Positions 11,507 through 21,002 of a stretch of DNA of 64,000 nucleotides are shown in pieces. The DNA comes from a virus. The position numbers and the translations under genes were made by a program. Location of the stretch: the IMG/VR virus record IMGVR_UViG_3300018080_000152, positions 1 to 64,000 of that record, one strand, 5' to 3'. Under the pieces are notes generated by a model. That model worked only from the letters and a program-made list of their open reading frames with translations, was not told the DNA's origin and did no database searches. Within the stretch, counting starts at the first letter, position 1. Each line of letters starts with the position of its first letter.

Positions 11507-12139
11507 ATGGCTCTAATTAAATTTTATGCAGAATCAGGTGGTGGTGATTTTGATATTGATATGGCTGGTTCTGGCCTTGGTTTTTATGGTACGGGTACGT
11601 TTCCTGCGTCCGTTGCTGTTGGTTCTTGGCAGGGCGCTACATACGTTACAGATGACACTGGCGCCCTAGAAGGTCCACTCGTAAGTAATATTAAGTGGAT
11701 ACATGCCAGTAGTGGAAACCTTAATAACACAACCGACCTAGCATTGACATCTATTGCTAATGCAAATGCCACCATGAATATTCGATTTACGCACACTAGC
11801 GCTGTGCAGATTCAGAACGCAGAATTGCGTATTTATGACAGAAACAACATTGCTGTTGGAGCAAGTGGCGTTACAACTAGAGCCGCTGAACTCTTGCATG
11901 TAAATCCAAGTAATGGACCAACTGGTTCTGGAGATACAACATGGAGTAGTCCTAGCGGCGTTAATGATATTCTAAGCTTAGCTGACAGCCCTGGCTTTTC
12001 TGGCTTGTGGGCACTTGACGGAACTGGTTCTGTTCGCGATGATACTAGACATGATTGGTATGTTGCGCTTTCAGCAAGACCGGACTCCATCGGGAGCAAA
12101 ACACAATATGGTATGTACGTGAGTCTTGAATATCTGTAA
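11507..12139 (+). CDS. Virion structural protein
   Basis: G/S/T-rich, 210 aa, GGAG RBS, last gene of the + strand block. Confidence 0.5.
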   Translation: MALIKFYAESGGGDFDIDMAGSGLGFYGTGTFPASVAVGSWQGATYVTDDTGALEGPLVSNIKWIHASSGNLNNTTDLALTSIANANATMNIRFTHTSAVQIQNAELRIYDRNNIAVGASGVTTRAAELLHVNPSNGPTGSGDTTWSSPSGVNDILSLADSPGFSGLWALDGTGSVRDDTRHDWYVALSARPDSIGSKTQYGMYVSLEYL

Positions 12140-12161
12140 TGCCTGTGTTTTTATAATAAAG

Positions 12162-12201
12162 AAGCCCCGGCGCTCTTTGGAGTACCGGGGCTTTGTCTTT
12201 T
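12162..12201. terminator. Bidirectional rho-independent terminator
   Basis: AAGCCCCGG...CCGGGGCTT hairpin between convergent genes, A-rich before and T-rich after. Confidence 0.85.
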
Positions 12202-12209
12202 TATGGATG

Positions 12210-12584
12210 TTATTCACTGCAATTCTTTTCTTTGTTCCAGCGAATCCATCCGTTGTCTGGTAACCACCCATTGGCTTCTACACTACCGCCCATAATACTT
12301 TGCTTTTTGGTTTCTTTGCGACGTGGATAAAGTGTTCCACCAGTCTTATTTTGACCAAATGACAATCTGGCGCGACATTTCCAATTTTGACAGTGTAGCT
12401 CATAGTATTTGTTTTCTTCGTCATCAGTACGAACAACAAACCTCAAGTCTTCACACTTACACTTGTCGCACTTACCAACCCCAAAAACTTCTTGCATAGA
12501 AGCTGCTTGTTCAAATACTTCCGTATGTGTGTTGCCTTCTGCTTCGATAATTACGCGCGGAGATACCTTAATGGTTGCTTTCAT
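12210..12584 (-). CDS. Hypothetical Zn-binding protein
   Basis: CDKC...CQNWKC; last gene of the - strand operon. Confidence 0.6.
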   Translation of the reverse strand: MKATIKVSPRVIIEAEGNTHTEVFEQAASMQEVFGVGKCDKCKCEDLRFVVRTDDEENKYYELHCQNWKCRARLSFGQNKTGGTLYPRRKETKKQSIMGGSVEANGWLPDNGWIRWNKEKNCSE

Positions 12585-12586
12585 AG

Positions 12587-13519
12587 TTACTCACCTTTCT
12601 GTTGATTAGCTTCCCAGCCCGGCTCATACGAACCCAAGCCTTCGGGGATAGCCTTTACCTTTTGTTGAAAATTATTCAATTCTTGAATCATACTACTGGC
12701 TGTGCTTGTCTTGACACTATAGATACTATCATAGTGATTACGCCCAGAGTTAATAAATGACATAGCATCTACATCAAGTCGTTTACATAGCATATCAATA
12801 CAGCGTATTTGTGTGTCTGAAATTGGAGTATCTACGCTCCAATCACAGGATGTGTCCGTGGTTTCTGCTCTCTCGCTTACTTCCTCTGCCGTATGAACAT
12901 TCTTCAAACGAAGCAACTTACGCAAAGCGCGGCCTTCTGCTCTAGTGGCAGCCGTAGCAGATGAATATTTGTGATACGGATGGTCGGTGTTGTCTCTGTT
13001 TACATCTGCAATTTCCTCACACGTAATCGTATAACCTTTTGCTGGATGCAAGTCGTTTGTTACCAACACAGATATCTTAACGCTGATAGTAGATGTACCA
13101 TTGTTCATGGTGTTTGGAGCAGATATGTGAGGCAGTGTTGATTCTATAATTGGACCTATTAAATCCTCTACAACACGTCTGCAACCATCACATGTTGGTG
13201 CTCCGTCCATCAATTCGTCATCTGCGAACTGTCGCATGACATATTCGTGCCAATTTTCTGAACCAAACCCTGGCATGGTTTGTGCGACAGCCTCTTCGTC
13301 ATGAGGAACAAATACCTCGTCCGACATTTCTTCTTCTGCTTCTTGGAATACTTCGTCTACGTCATCAGGTACATCCACAGCGTTCTCTAATTCCAACAGC
13401 CTTTGTACCAAGACACCTTTGGTGCTCTTCAAAAAATCTTCGTCAGTAATTTCGTGTTCATCTCGCAGCTTAGCTCTAATTTCTTCAACCGTTACTTGTT
13501 CATATCCAGTTTTCGCCAT
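12587..13519 (-). CDS. Rad52/Sak-like single-strand annealing protein
   Basis: ATAATRAEGRALRKLL..TAEE motif and a C-terminal ISDTQ...STASSMIQEL helical tail. Confidence 0.55.
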   Translation of the reverse strand: MAKTGYEQVTVEEIRAKLRDEHEITDEDFLKSTKGVLVQRLLELENAVDVPDDVDEVFQEAEEEMSDEVFVPHDEEAVAQTMPGFGSENWHEYVMRQFADDELMDGAPTCDGCRRVVEDLIGPIIESTLPHISAPNTMNNGTSTISVKISVLVTNDLHPAKGYTITCEEIADVNRDNTDHPYHKYSSATAATRAEGRALRKLLRLKNVHTAEEVSERAETTDTSCDWSVDTPISDTQIRCIDMLCKRLDVDAMSFINSGRNHYDSIYSVKTSTASSMIQELNNFQQKVKAIPEGLGSYEPGWEANQQKGE

Positions 13520-13520
13520 G

Positions 13521-14318
13521 TTATACTTCCAGTTCAATTAGTCTTTTGTTCTTGTTTGTTGGGAATTTCGTTTCTATTTTTTTCACTTCATCTAACACAG
13601 AAGTCAGTAGTTTTCTCTTGAGAATTTGAGATACGTTACTGGAAAGTTGTTTGACGCGCACAACCACAAAGCCCTGCGACAACAACAAACCTGTTTTCTC
13701 AAGGTCAGATTGAATATTCTTTTGTAGATTTTCCTCTCCCCAAATAGGCAGGAAATGAGAGGGGCCATCTATTTCAATGGCCGTGTGGAGCGTTGGAAGA
13801 AACATATCCACTTCCAAGTTGACGTTGGGAATGATTCCCTTCATATGATATTTTACATCATAACCGGCCTTTGTCAACCCATCACGGAGAAATTTTTCCA
13901 ATTGAGAGCCTTCTTTTGCAGAGACACGGACTGCATCCCTTGCTAATTTCAGCAGTTCATCGCGCTTGTGTTGTGGCATAGCTGCCCATTGTTGTTTCGC
14001 TTTTTCTGAGCGATGACGCAACGTTTCTTCGTCGGCATTAGCCCAGTCTGCCGCTACGGCTTCCGATATACGTAGTCGTACTTCTTCTGGACGTTCTGTG
14101 CCTTCGGTTGGGTGTTTAGCTCTACCAGATTGCAGAGCGTCTTTTTGAGCTTTAGACTTGTCTTTAATTTCCACATCAAGTCTTATAAGCGCCCTACGCA
14201 CACGCTGTCTGGTTGTGCCTAGTTCATCAGCGATGTGTTGCATTGAACGGTTGTTGGTGTGATATTGGGTTTCCATCCACATTCTGTCATTTAGTTTGTC
14301 TATTGTACTCATATTCAA
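13521..14318 (-). CDS. Vsr/DUF559-like (EDxHD) homing endonuclease with HTH and NUMOD3-like segment
   Basis: EVDMFLP...AIEIDGPSHF...D..K nuclease motif; N-terminal IADELG HTH; RPEEVRLRISE segment. Confidence 0.7.
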   Translation of the reverse strand: MNMSTIDKLNDRMWMETQYHTNNRSMQHIADELGTTRQRVRRALIRLDVEIKDKSKAQKDALQSGRAKHPTEGTERPEEVRLRISEAVAADWANADEETLRHRSEKAKQQWAAMPQHKRDELLKLARDAVRVSAKEGSQLEKFLRDGLTKAGYDVKYHMKGIIPNVNLEVDMFLPTLHTAIEIDGPSHFLPIWGEENLQKNIQSDLEKTGLLLSQGFVVVRVKQLSSNVSQILKRKLLTSVLDEVKKIETKFPTNKNKRLIELEV

Positions 14319-14775
14319 CTACCTCAAGTAATGGTTTGTGCTCAAAGTTGTCAAAGGTATCTCCAACATCAATATTAAAATTGTTTTTCAGTATAGTGGC
14401 ATGGTCTTGACAACGAGCTAAAATTCGCAGGTCAGCACTTCGGAACAGACTACTGTATTGGCCGACCATCTTTGGGTTTCTTATCCACGACATGTCCCAC
14501 ATGTAGAATATCTTGGCATGCGGTCCAGGAAAACTAAGCAAGGAGTGTGCAGTGGATAGTGATGTGGCTATTGAGACGCCCGGCTGCGCCCACGCTTCCA
14601 TTAGGAGCATTTGGGGTACGGAGAACTTACTACACGGGCGCTGTAGTTGCTCATAAAAAATGGCTACCTGTGTGTCGGTTTCCTCAACTATGATTTCGCT
14701 TTCTTTGGCGAGACTGAATGACATTTGACATGCACCAGTGTGGTTGACTAAAAAATTGATGAATGGTACGCTCAT
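14287..14775 (-). CDS. Hypothetical protein (glycosylation cluster)
   Basis: Overlapping ORF in the operon. Confidence 0.5.
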   Translation of the reverse strand: MSVPFINFLVNHTGACQMSFSLAKESEIIVEETDTQVAIFYEQLQRPCSKFSVPQMLLMEAWAQPGVSIATSLSTAHSLLSFPGPHAKIFYMWDMSWIRNPKMVGQYSSLFRSADLRILARCQDHATILKNNFNIDVGDTFDNFEHKPLLEVVEYEYNRQTK

Positions 14776-15494
14776 GATATGGTCTCCATAATAGTTTTGA
14801 ATGCATCGTCATACGTGTGCCCAGGCAACATGTTGTCTTGCGTAGTTTTTACAAGCTTTGTAATATCCATCATGTTTGCATAAGTACGAACTGCCTCTTC
14901 CCCACACAGTGTTTGTGGGTGATTGTCTCTCGTGTCTACGACTATAGCGCCGCATGCAATAGCGCGCATCATTTCTAGAGTTGAATCCACAACTGCCACC
15001 CTACATGATTGATATAATCTTGCTTTGTCATGCATAGAACCAACACCAAGATATTGGATTGCTGACCATGGTGTATCACCCATAATCTTAATGTTGTATT
15101 CTCCAATATTCCGACATAGGTTAAGCACGAGAGGACATGGTTCGCACACGACACCAATATCACACTCAAGCGCTGGGTCGATTTCATCTACCATGTGGTA
15201 TATATGTGCATCAACCAGCCGCTCAAAGTCCATCATTTGGTTTGAGACAGAAAACTTAAACGGTTGTTTTGAGTCGCCACATACGAATGGAATGTTGAAT
15301 TCCGCCACACACTTTTGAGTTGCTCGACTGACGTTTTCCATACAAAAAAGCATGTCTGGTTTTACATCATCAAATACGTCAAAGGCAGGCGTGTGATTTT
15401 CTTCCCACCATATCCATGTGTGCCCCTCAGCTTCCGCTGCTCTCTGAAAGCCTGACAGCGTAGTATTTGCAGTACCTTGTACTAATATATTCAT
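14772..15494 (-). CDS. Degenerate GT-B glycosyltransferase-like protein
   Basis: KPDMLF, ARLYQSC, MRAIACG and HTY motifs. Confidence 0.5.
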   Translation of the reverse strand: MNILVQGTANTTLSGFQRAAEAEGHTWIWWEENHTPAFDVFDDVKPDMLFCMENVSRATQKCVAEFNIPFVCGDSKQPFKFSVSNQMMDFERLVDAHIYHMVDEIDPALECDIGVVCEPCPLVLNLCRNIGEYNIKIMGDTPWSAIQYLGVGSMHDKARLYQSCRVAVVDSTLEMMRAIACGAIVVDTRDNHPQTLCGEEAVRTYANMMDITKLVKTTQDNMLPGHTYDDAFKTIMETIS

Positions 15495-15502
15495 ACGTTC
15501 TC

Positions 15503-16231
15503 CTATACTAATCTTGCTTTTTGTAGGTCGTCTATATGGTCTACATCAATCAACTTGGAGTCCTTTGGCATATGGGCGACAAACTTTCCGTGCTTATTCA
15601 TTATCTTGTTAAGGATTTCATATAAGAACAGATTAGCATTTTTTGGGCTAAAAACCATATTACGAAATAACTCCAATTCTTTTCCTTGTAGGTATGCCAT
15701 TTGCCCCCACTTGGTTGACAGCGCATATGAAAGAGATGTGACCAGCCCATCCTGTTGTCCAATCCCAACCTCTTCCTTACCAAGCTGACCAAATTGGTCA
15801 ACTAACAGCGATGAAGCCTTCCCTTCTAACCCTTGTATTGTATGTGTGTTAAATACTAAATCTCCATGTATAACCATCACAGGACCAGGAAGTGTGGCAT
15901 CTAAGCCAATAGCAATACTATGTACTGTGTTTGTATCTTCGTAGTTTGGATTACACACCAAACGCATTGGAAACTTACCCCATAGTGCTTGGCGTATTTT
16001 TTGATGTTCAAAACCACCAACAACAACTATGTCGGCAGAAGGATACACTTTTAGTATCGTGCGTAGTTGACACTCAAGAATAGACATACCATTATGAACA
16101 CTTAAAAGAGCTTTCGGCCCTTTCGACTTCATGCGTTTTCCTATGCCAGCAGCCGGTATTATGATACTGAGACGCTGTGTGTCATTGGGTAATTTCGCTG
16201 GCGCTATATGTCTCTGTGCCTGTGGAGCCAT
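15503..16231 (-). CDS. NTP transferase (LicC/sugar-phosphate nucleotidyltransferase-like)
   Basis: IIPAAGIGKRMKSKGPKALL; NPNYEDTNT; HGDLVF; DVDHIDDL. Confidence 0.85.
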   Translation of the reverse strand: MAPQAQRHIAPAKLPNDTQRLSIIIPAAGIGKRMKSKGPKALLSVHNGMSILECQLRTILKVYPSADIVVVGGFEHQKIRQALWGKFPMRLVCNPNYEDTNTVHSIAIGLDATLPGPVMVIHGDLVFNTHTIQGLEGKASSLLVDQFGQLGKEEVGIGQQDGLVTSLSYALSTKWGQMAYLQGKELELFRNMVFSPKNANLFLYEILNKIMNKHGKFVAHMPKDSKLIDVDHIDDLQKARLV

Positions 16232-17024
16232 GTCGTAGTTGTTTCCTTTGTTGTAATTTAGTGTGAATGCATATTAAAGCTTCTCTCCATTTTTCGCTCG
16301 GAACTATATCTGAGCAGTTTTCACCAGTTACAGAATATTGTTGTAGGGCTTCTGGTATATGTATTGCTACAAAGTTTTCAGTTATACGCAACCACAAGTC
16401 CCAGTCTTGGGCTGGTGCGCAATCTGGGTCGTTTAATCCACTGTATGCCAACGCCATTTTACTCATGAGCGGCGCATTAGATATCATGTTCTCCTGCTCT
16501 AATATTCCTCTATCGTATGGATGCCTGAACTCACGAACATATGTATTATCTTTCACGTCGTGTATGATGACATCACTATATACTAAGCCTATATAGTTTG
16601 GGTCTGTCTCGTACACAGCTACGGACTTTGCAATTTTGCCCGGCAAGTATAAATCGTCTGCATCTAACTGGAAAAATACATCGGCTTTTGTCCATGCCAA
16701 TTTAATAGCAACGTTTCTAGATGAAGACTGGTTTGGGTTTTCGTGTCTTCTGGCCAAAATCATAGGAACGCCCTGACACTCCCCGATGTAAACATCATCC
16801 CCATCTTCACTAATAAATTCTTCCGTCACATTATCCATAAGTCCACGCAATACCTCAAAGGAGTTGTCGCTAGAACAATCATCCACTGCTGATATCAGCG
16901 TGTGTGGATATTTTTGGTCTACGACACTTTGAATTGCAGTGGCCACACAATGTCCGTGATTGTGACACGGTAGAATTATCGCTGCGGTAACAGGTCTTTT
17001 AGTGGTCTCACTAGAGATTGACAT
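16182..17024 (-). CDS. Glycosyltransferase family 2
   Basis: ILPCHN, VDDCSSDNS, LDADD and QDWDLWLR motifs. Confidence 0.9.
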   Translation of the reverse strand: MSISSETTKRPVTAAIILPCHNHGHCVATAIQSVVDQKYPHTLISAVDDCSSDNSFEVLRGLMDNVTEEFISEDGDDVYIGECQGVPMILARRHENPNQSSSRNVAIKLAWTKADVFFQLDADDLYLPGKIAKSVAVYETDPNYIGLVYSDVIIHDVKDNTYVREFRHPYDRGILEQENMISNAPLMSKMALAYSGLNDPDCAPAQDWDLWLRITENFVAIHIPEALQQYSVTGENCSDIVPSEKWREALICIHTKLQQRKQLRHGSTGTETYSASEITQ

Positions 17025-17860
17025 TGTTGCTCCTTGCTAATTGTTTCGGCTTTTTCAAGTATTGTTTTACGTGCATTGCCAGCGGCTTGTTTGTGAAATA
17101 TACGCATGACGGTTAAACCATTAATATCATCATCTGGTTTTAACATAATGAATCTGTCTAAGTCATTATATAGTAACGAGTCTATACCATTAAAGTATGT
17201 TGGGTATGGTTTGAATCCAGCATTGAAGTATACTATATACATGCTTTTACACTTCTTTGTAATAATATCAAGAGAGCGCAGTTTGACATCCTTATACTCA
17301 CCAATAATGAGGTTGCTATCTCCCTCGCAGTTTATTTCTGCGTTCCATGGCAACGGACTATCTTGCAAGAGATTCATAAAGAAGCTTGGCTTATACTCAC
17401 TATTGCTTATAATAAACACTCTTTTTGGTTTTATGTCACATTCATTAAGAGCATGAATGGTTTCCATGATACTATTTGCATCGGTGGTGCCATCAAAATA
17501 AATAACCGCATCATACTGGAACACACATTCTTTACGAACTTGAACAACAGCTTCTTCATCTGTTAGCTTATGTTCATCCTGCCATAATTTAGCCCTGTGA
17601 AATGGACATATGCGACCACGAATTACATGAAATTCACTACCGTATTTGTCTACAGCATCATCTATTGTTACGCCATGTGCTCGAAATTTACCCAAAGCTC
17701 CATTCGCCAAACACCCATCTGGTTTTTGAATAAACTGCGAACAGTCTATGTCTGGATTTGGGCGAACTTCTCCGTCCGCAAACACACAACCAAGGCAGGC
17801 AGTGTCCATGACACGCGCCAATTCATTGTCGTTATCTATAGCTATGTTTGTTGGTTTCAT
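16976..17860 (-). CDS. Hypothetical protein
   Basis: N-terminal CxxCxF cluster; in operon. Confidence 0.55.
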   Translation of the reverse strand: MKPTNIAIDNDNELARVMDTACLGCVFADGEVRPNPDIDCSQFIQKPDGCLANGALGKFRAHGVTIDDAVDKYGSEFHVIRGRICPFHRAKLWQDEHKLTDEEAVVQVRKECVFQYDAVIYFDGTTDANSIMETIHALNECDIKPKRVFIISNSEYKPSFFMNLLQDSPLPWNAEINCEGDSNLIIGEYKDVKLRSLDIITKKCKSMYIVYFNAGFKPYPTYFNGIDSLLYNDLDRFIMLKPDDDINGLTVMRIFHKQAAGNARKTILEKAETISKEQQCQSLVRPLKDLLPQR

Positions 17861-18309
17861 TGTCTTTGTGCCTCTATTATATAGGTATAATCTTCTATGG
17901 TTTTGCGCAAGATTTTCATACCAAATTCTTGTTCAATGTGATTTGCTAATCCATGCAAAGCCAACGTTGTCATTTTGATATCTGTGTCGCTCTGTTGTTC
18001 CCCGTGTAAAAACAAATTCATATCTTCCAGCGTGAGTTTGTATTCGACATAGTCCTTACATACCGAATAAGCATCAATTCCTGTAATGATAATTGTACCA
18101 TTCTTACGTAGTTTTCTCAACATGTGCGCTAAGAAATCACTAACATGTTCTAATGGAACATATTCCAAGATGTTGTTGGCGACTAGTTCTGTTACTTCTG
18201 CATCATCTACTAGCTCGTCCAATTTTTGTCTTGCGTTTTCTACACCCATCCACACGTTGGTGTATCCAGCAAGCACATCGTTTTCCCTATGATATAAATG
18301 CAACTTCAT
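17857..18309 (-). CDS. SAM-dependent methyltransferase-like protein (truncated)
   Basis: ANNILEYVP...LRKLRKNGTIII motif. Confidence 0.55.
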   Translation of the reverse strand: MKLHLYHRENDVLAGYTNVWMGVENARQKLDELVDDAEVTELVANNILEYVPLEHVSDFLAHMLRKLRKNGTIIITGIDAYSVCKDYVEYKLTLEDMNLFLHGEQQSDTDIKMTTLALHGLANHIEQEFGMKILRKTIEDYTYIIEAQRQ

Positions 18310-19334
18310 TTGATTACCTTTACTGCTGTGTGAAATATTTCATTCCACTTATTTACAAAACGTTCCTGTGAGAATTTTTCTTCGATGGTTTTACGACCTG
18401 CGGCACCTATTTGCTGAGCCAAGCCAGGATTGTTTAATAGCTCATGTGTGTAGCGGCGCAGTTCATCTGGTGTACTGCCAACAAAACCATTGACTCCATG
18501 CTCAATAATAATCTTAGGAATCAAACATGTATCCGTGCTAACCACAGGACAACCACATGCCATAGCCTCTAAGATAACTGTTGGTAGTGATGACTCTATC
18601 GTTGTGTTCAAATACACACCAGCGCGTCTGTAAAAATCAACCAATGTTGCAATATCGGGTGCTGGCTGTGATAACCCAGGAGTGTCGCCAAGAATCTTAT
18701 GCGGAATCATTGGTGCTGGACTTGGGAATCCAGTCACTTCACGCCAAAATGAGAATCCACAGCAATAGTCTCTTTTAATCCAATCATTAACAACAGACAG
18801 TGCCCATGGCTCCCTCACAATGTTACTGTCTGGGCAGAACATTTCAGTGTCTATACCTGTATGGTTAACCTCCACATCATCGGCATCTGGGTCTACATTC
18901 CACTGTTGACATTGGTATTCAGACACGTATACGTTCATGTCTCCCTGCATTGAATTCAGAGTGAAGACTTCTTCGTCTGATTCAGGCAACATATGATTCA
19001 AACATATCATCGGTATGTTTAGCTGCCTCGCTATTTGTGACCCAACCTCAAATTGTAGATTTTTCTTGCTCTGCACTAGCATCAAATCAAAGCATAGCCA
19101 TGGAGGCGTTACAAGCATGTTGTTTGAGTGTGGTAGCAACTGATAGTTTTCTGGCACTGGAGCAAATGTCTCATTCCAATCTTTTAGATTCGGACCACGT
19201 ATAGCGTAAAAGTTGTGGCCAGATTTACACATGAGAGATTCATAACGTTCGTGAGTAGCAAACGTCAGAATATTCCACGGTCCTTCTGGATTGCGTGTTG
19301 CCCGTCTAATTATACTTTGAATTGCTGTTGTCAT
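18306..19334 (-). CDS. Glycosyltransferase family 4
   Basis: GIDTEMF; PTVILEAMACGCPVVST; HGVNGF. Confidence 0.9.
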   Translation of the reverse strand: MTTAIQSIIRRATRNPEGPWNILTFATHERYESLMCKSGHNFYAIRGPNLKDWNETFAPVPENYQLLPHSNNMLVTPPWLCFDLMLVQSKKNLQFEVGSQIARQLNIPMICLNHMLPESDEEVFTLNSMQGDMNVYVSEYQCQQWNVDPDADDVEVNHTGIDTEMFCPDSNIVREPWALSVVNDWIKRDYCCGFSFWREVTGFPSPAPMIPHKILGDTPGLSQPAPDIATLVDFYRRAGVYLNTTIESSLPTVILEAMACGCPVVSTDTCLIPKIIIEHGVNGFVGSTPDELRRYTHELLNNPGLAQQIGAAGRKTIEEKFSQERFVNKWNEIFHTAVKVIK

Positions 19335-19876
19335 ACTCGGTTCCTATTTTCGTTTCTTCTTTCGACTTTAAGCCTCAAGTTTTTTATCCTAGAATCTAAT
19401 GTGAGTCCATGATTATATATATTGGCCCAATGTCTGTCTATTATCGGAATAAGGTCTTCTTGCTTAGTGTCAACGGCTCTATCTTTGCAAACATTAATTG
19501 ATGTATCAACATAAAAATAGGTTGCGTTAACATCAATCTCCAACAGGCGCAATATACTCTCGTCAGTAGTGTGTGTGTCATCAACAAGAACGTCATAGCC
19601 CTGTAACAACAACGTGCGTATCATTGCGTATTTGATTGCAAACACTTGACTTTCAGCCAATGCATTATATCTATCGCCAGTTATGGCTCTGCGAATATAA
19701 TCATCAGATACTACAACACGAGGATTTTCGTTTGGGTCGCGATATTTAGGAGAAAAGACCGTATATAATGAGTCGTGTCCTAATATATCAATCTCATATT
19801 TTTGCCAACCCTGTGCAACAGTGCTTTTCCCTGAGCGTGCGAGCCCTATCAGAAAGTATAGGTGACCTTGTTCCAT
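19331..19876 (-). CDS. AAA_33/PNK-like P-loop kinase
   Basis: GLARSGKST Walker A; DYIRRA; VLVDDTH. Confidence 0.8.
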   Translation of the reverse strand: MEQGHLYFLIGLARSGKSTVAQGWQKYEIDILGHDSLYTVFSPKYRDPNENPRVVVSDDYIRRAITGDRYNALAESQVFAIKYAMIRTLLLQGYDVLVDDTHTTDESILRLLEIDVNATYFYVDTSINVCKDRAVDTKQEDLIPIIDRHWANIYNHGLTLDSRIKNLRLKVERRNENRNRV

Positions 19877-21002
19877 CTAAGAACTCCTTCATTAATGTTC
19901 CAACTTTACTGTATGAAAAATCATACGCCCTATCAATTCCACCAGAGCTAAGTTTTTGTCTCAACTCTTTATTTTCATATACCATGCGCATTTGACTACG
20001 CAGTGCGTTGATATCTACAGCACACCAATCTTCGTTGCTTACCCATATATCTGACAGTGTTGCTTCTTCTGGTCTCATAAACACTGGCTCTAACGTACAT
20101 GGAGTTAATAGACCGGATTCTCCATGTTCTACATAATCTGCCGGTCCTCCTTCGTCAGTTAGGATAACTGGATTACCCAACGCCATAGCCTCGAAACCTG
20201 GAATCCCCCAGCCTTCGCCATAAGATGGTAGAACAAAACAGTCGCCGGTCTTATGGATTCTCATGACTTCTTCTGTCGTAAGCCATTGTGTAATAATAAT
20301 TTCGTTGTGATAATCTTTCAGTGATGGGTATAGCCGAAGACTTTCTTTTACATCTTGTGTTGCTGCTCTAATAATACGTGCTGCTTCGGATGGAGAAGAA
20401 CCTGCATCTGACTTGATAAGCAAGGAGACGGGTTCATTGGGTGTAAACTCCAAGTGAAACGCTTTCAATAGAGCAAACATGTTTTTGCGTCGTCTAAATT
20501 CGCCCATCGTGTAGAATGTAAATCTGCCTTCTACTTCCGGTATGGGATATGAATTGTATCTTTGGCTGTACTTAGATAAATCAACTGGGTGTGGAACTAC
20601 TGCTACTGGCGTATATACATCGCTGTTGTGGCAAGCTTCTACCATTTTGTTGTTAAAGACCCATACTTGGTCCATAGTATTTAGATGTTGTGCCCAGCAT
20701 GTATTGCGGAAATGACTAGTTTCACAAAGGAAAAGACCAATATTCAAGTCAAACCTGCCATGGTATTCCATTGTATGTGGAAGTACATTTTGTATACACA
20801 CATCACAATTTGATTCATCGTTTTGTTCAAGCTCTAGAATACGTTCTGGCACGACGGTCTCGCTTTTATGAGTAGCGCTACCAAGACTTATAGCTCGTGG
20901 AACCACTTCTATTCCAACACTGTCCAGTGCTAGAATATAGTTTTGTGATGCGTTTCCCCATCCAGTGCCATCTTTGAAGTTGGATATGTATAAGACTTTC
21001 AT
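19794..21002 (-). CDS. Glycosyltransferase family 4
   Basis: RRKN; LPSYGEGWGIPGFEAMALGNPVI. Confidence 0.9.
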   Translation of the reverse strand: MKVLYISNFKDGTGWGNASQNYILALDSVGIEVVPRAISLGSATHKSETVVPERILELEQNDESNCDVCIQNVLPHTMEYHGRFDLNIGLFLCETSHFRNTCWAQHLNTMDQVWVFNNKMVEACHNSDVYTPVAVVPHPVDLSKYSQRYNSYPIPEVEGRFTFYTMGEFRRRKNMFALLKAFHLEFTPNEPVSLLIKSDAGSSPSEAARIIRAATQDVKESLRLYPSLKDYHNEIIITQWLTTEEVMRIHKTGDCFVLPSYGEGWGIPGFEAMALGNPVILTDEGGPADYVEHGESGLLTPCTLEPVFMRPEEATLSDIWVSNEDWCAVDINALRSQMRMVYENKELRQKLSSGGIDRAYDFSYSKVGTLMKEFLDGTRSPILSDRARTLREKHCCTGLAKI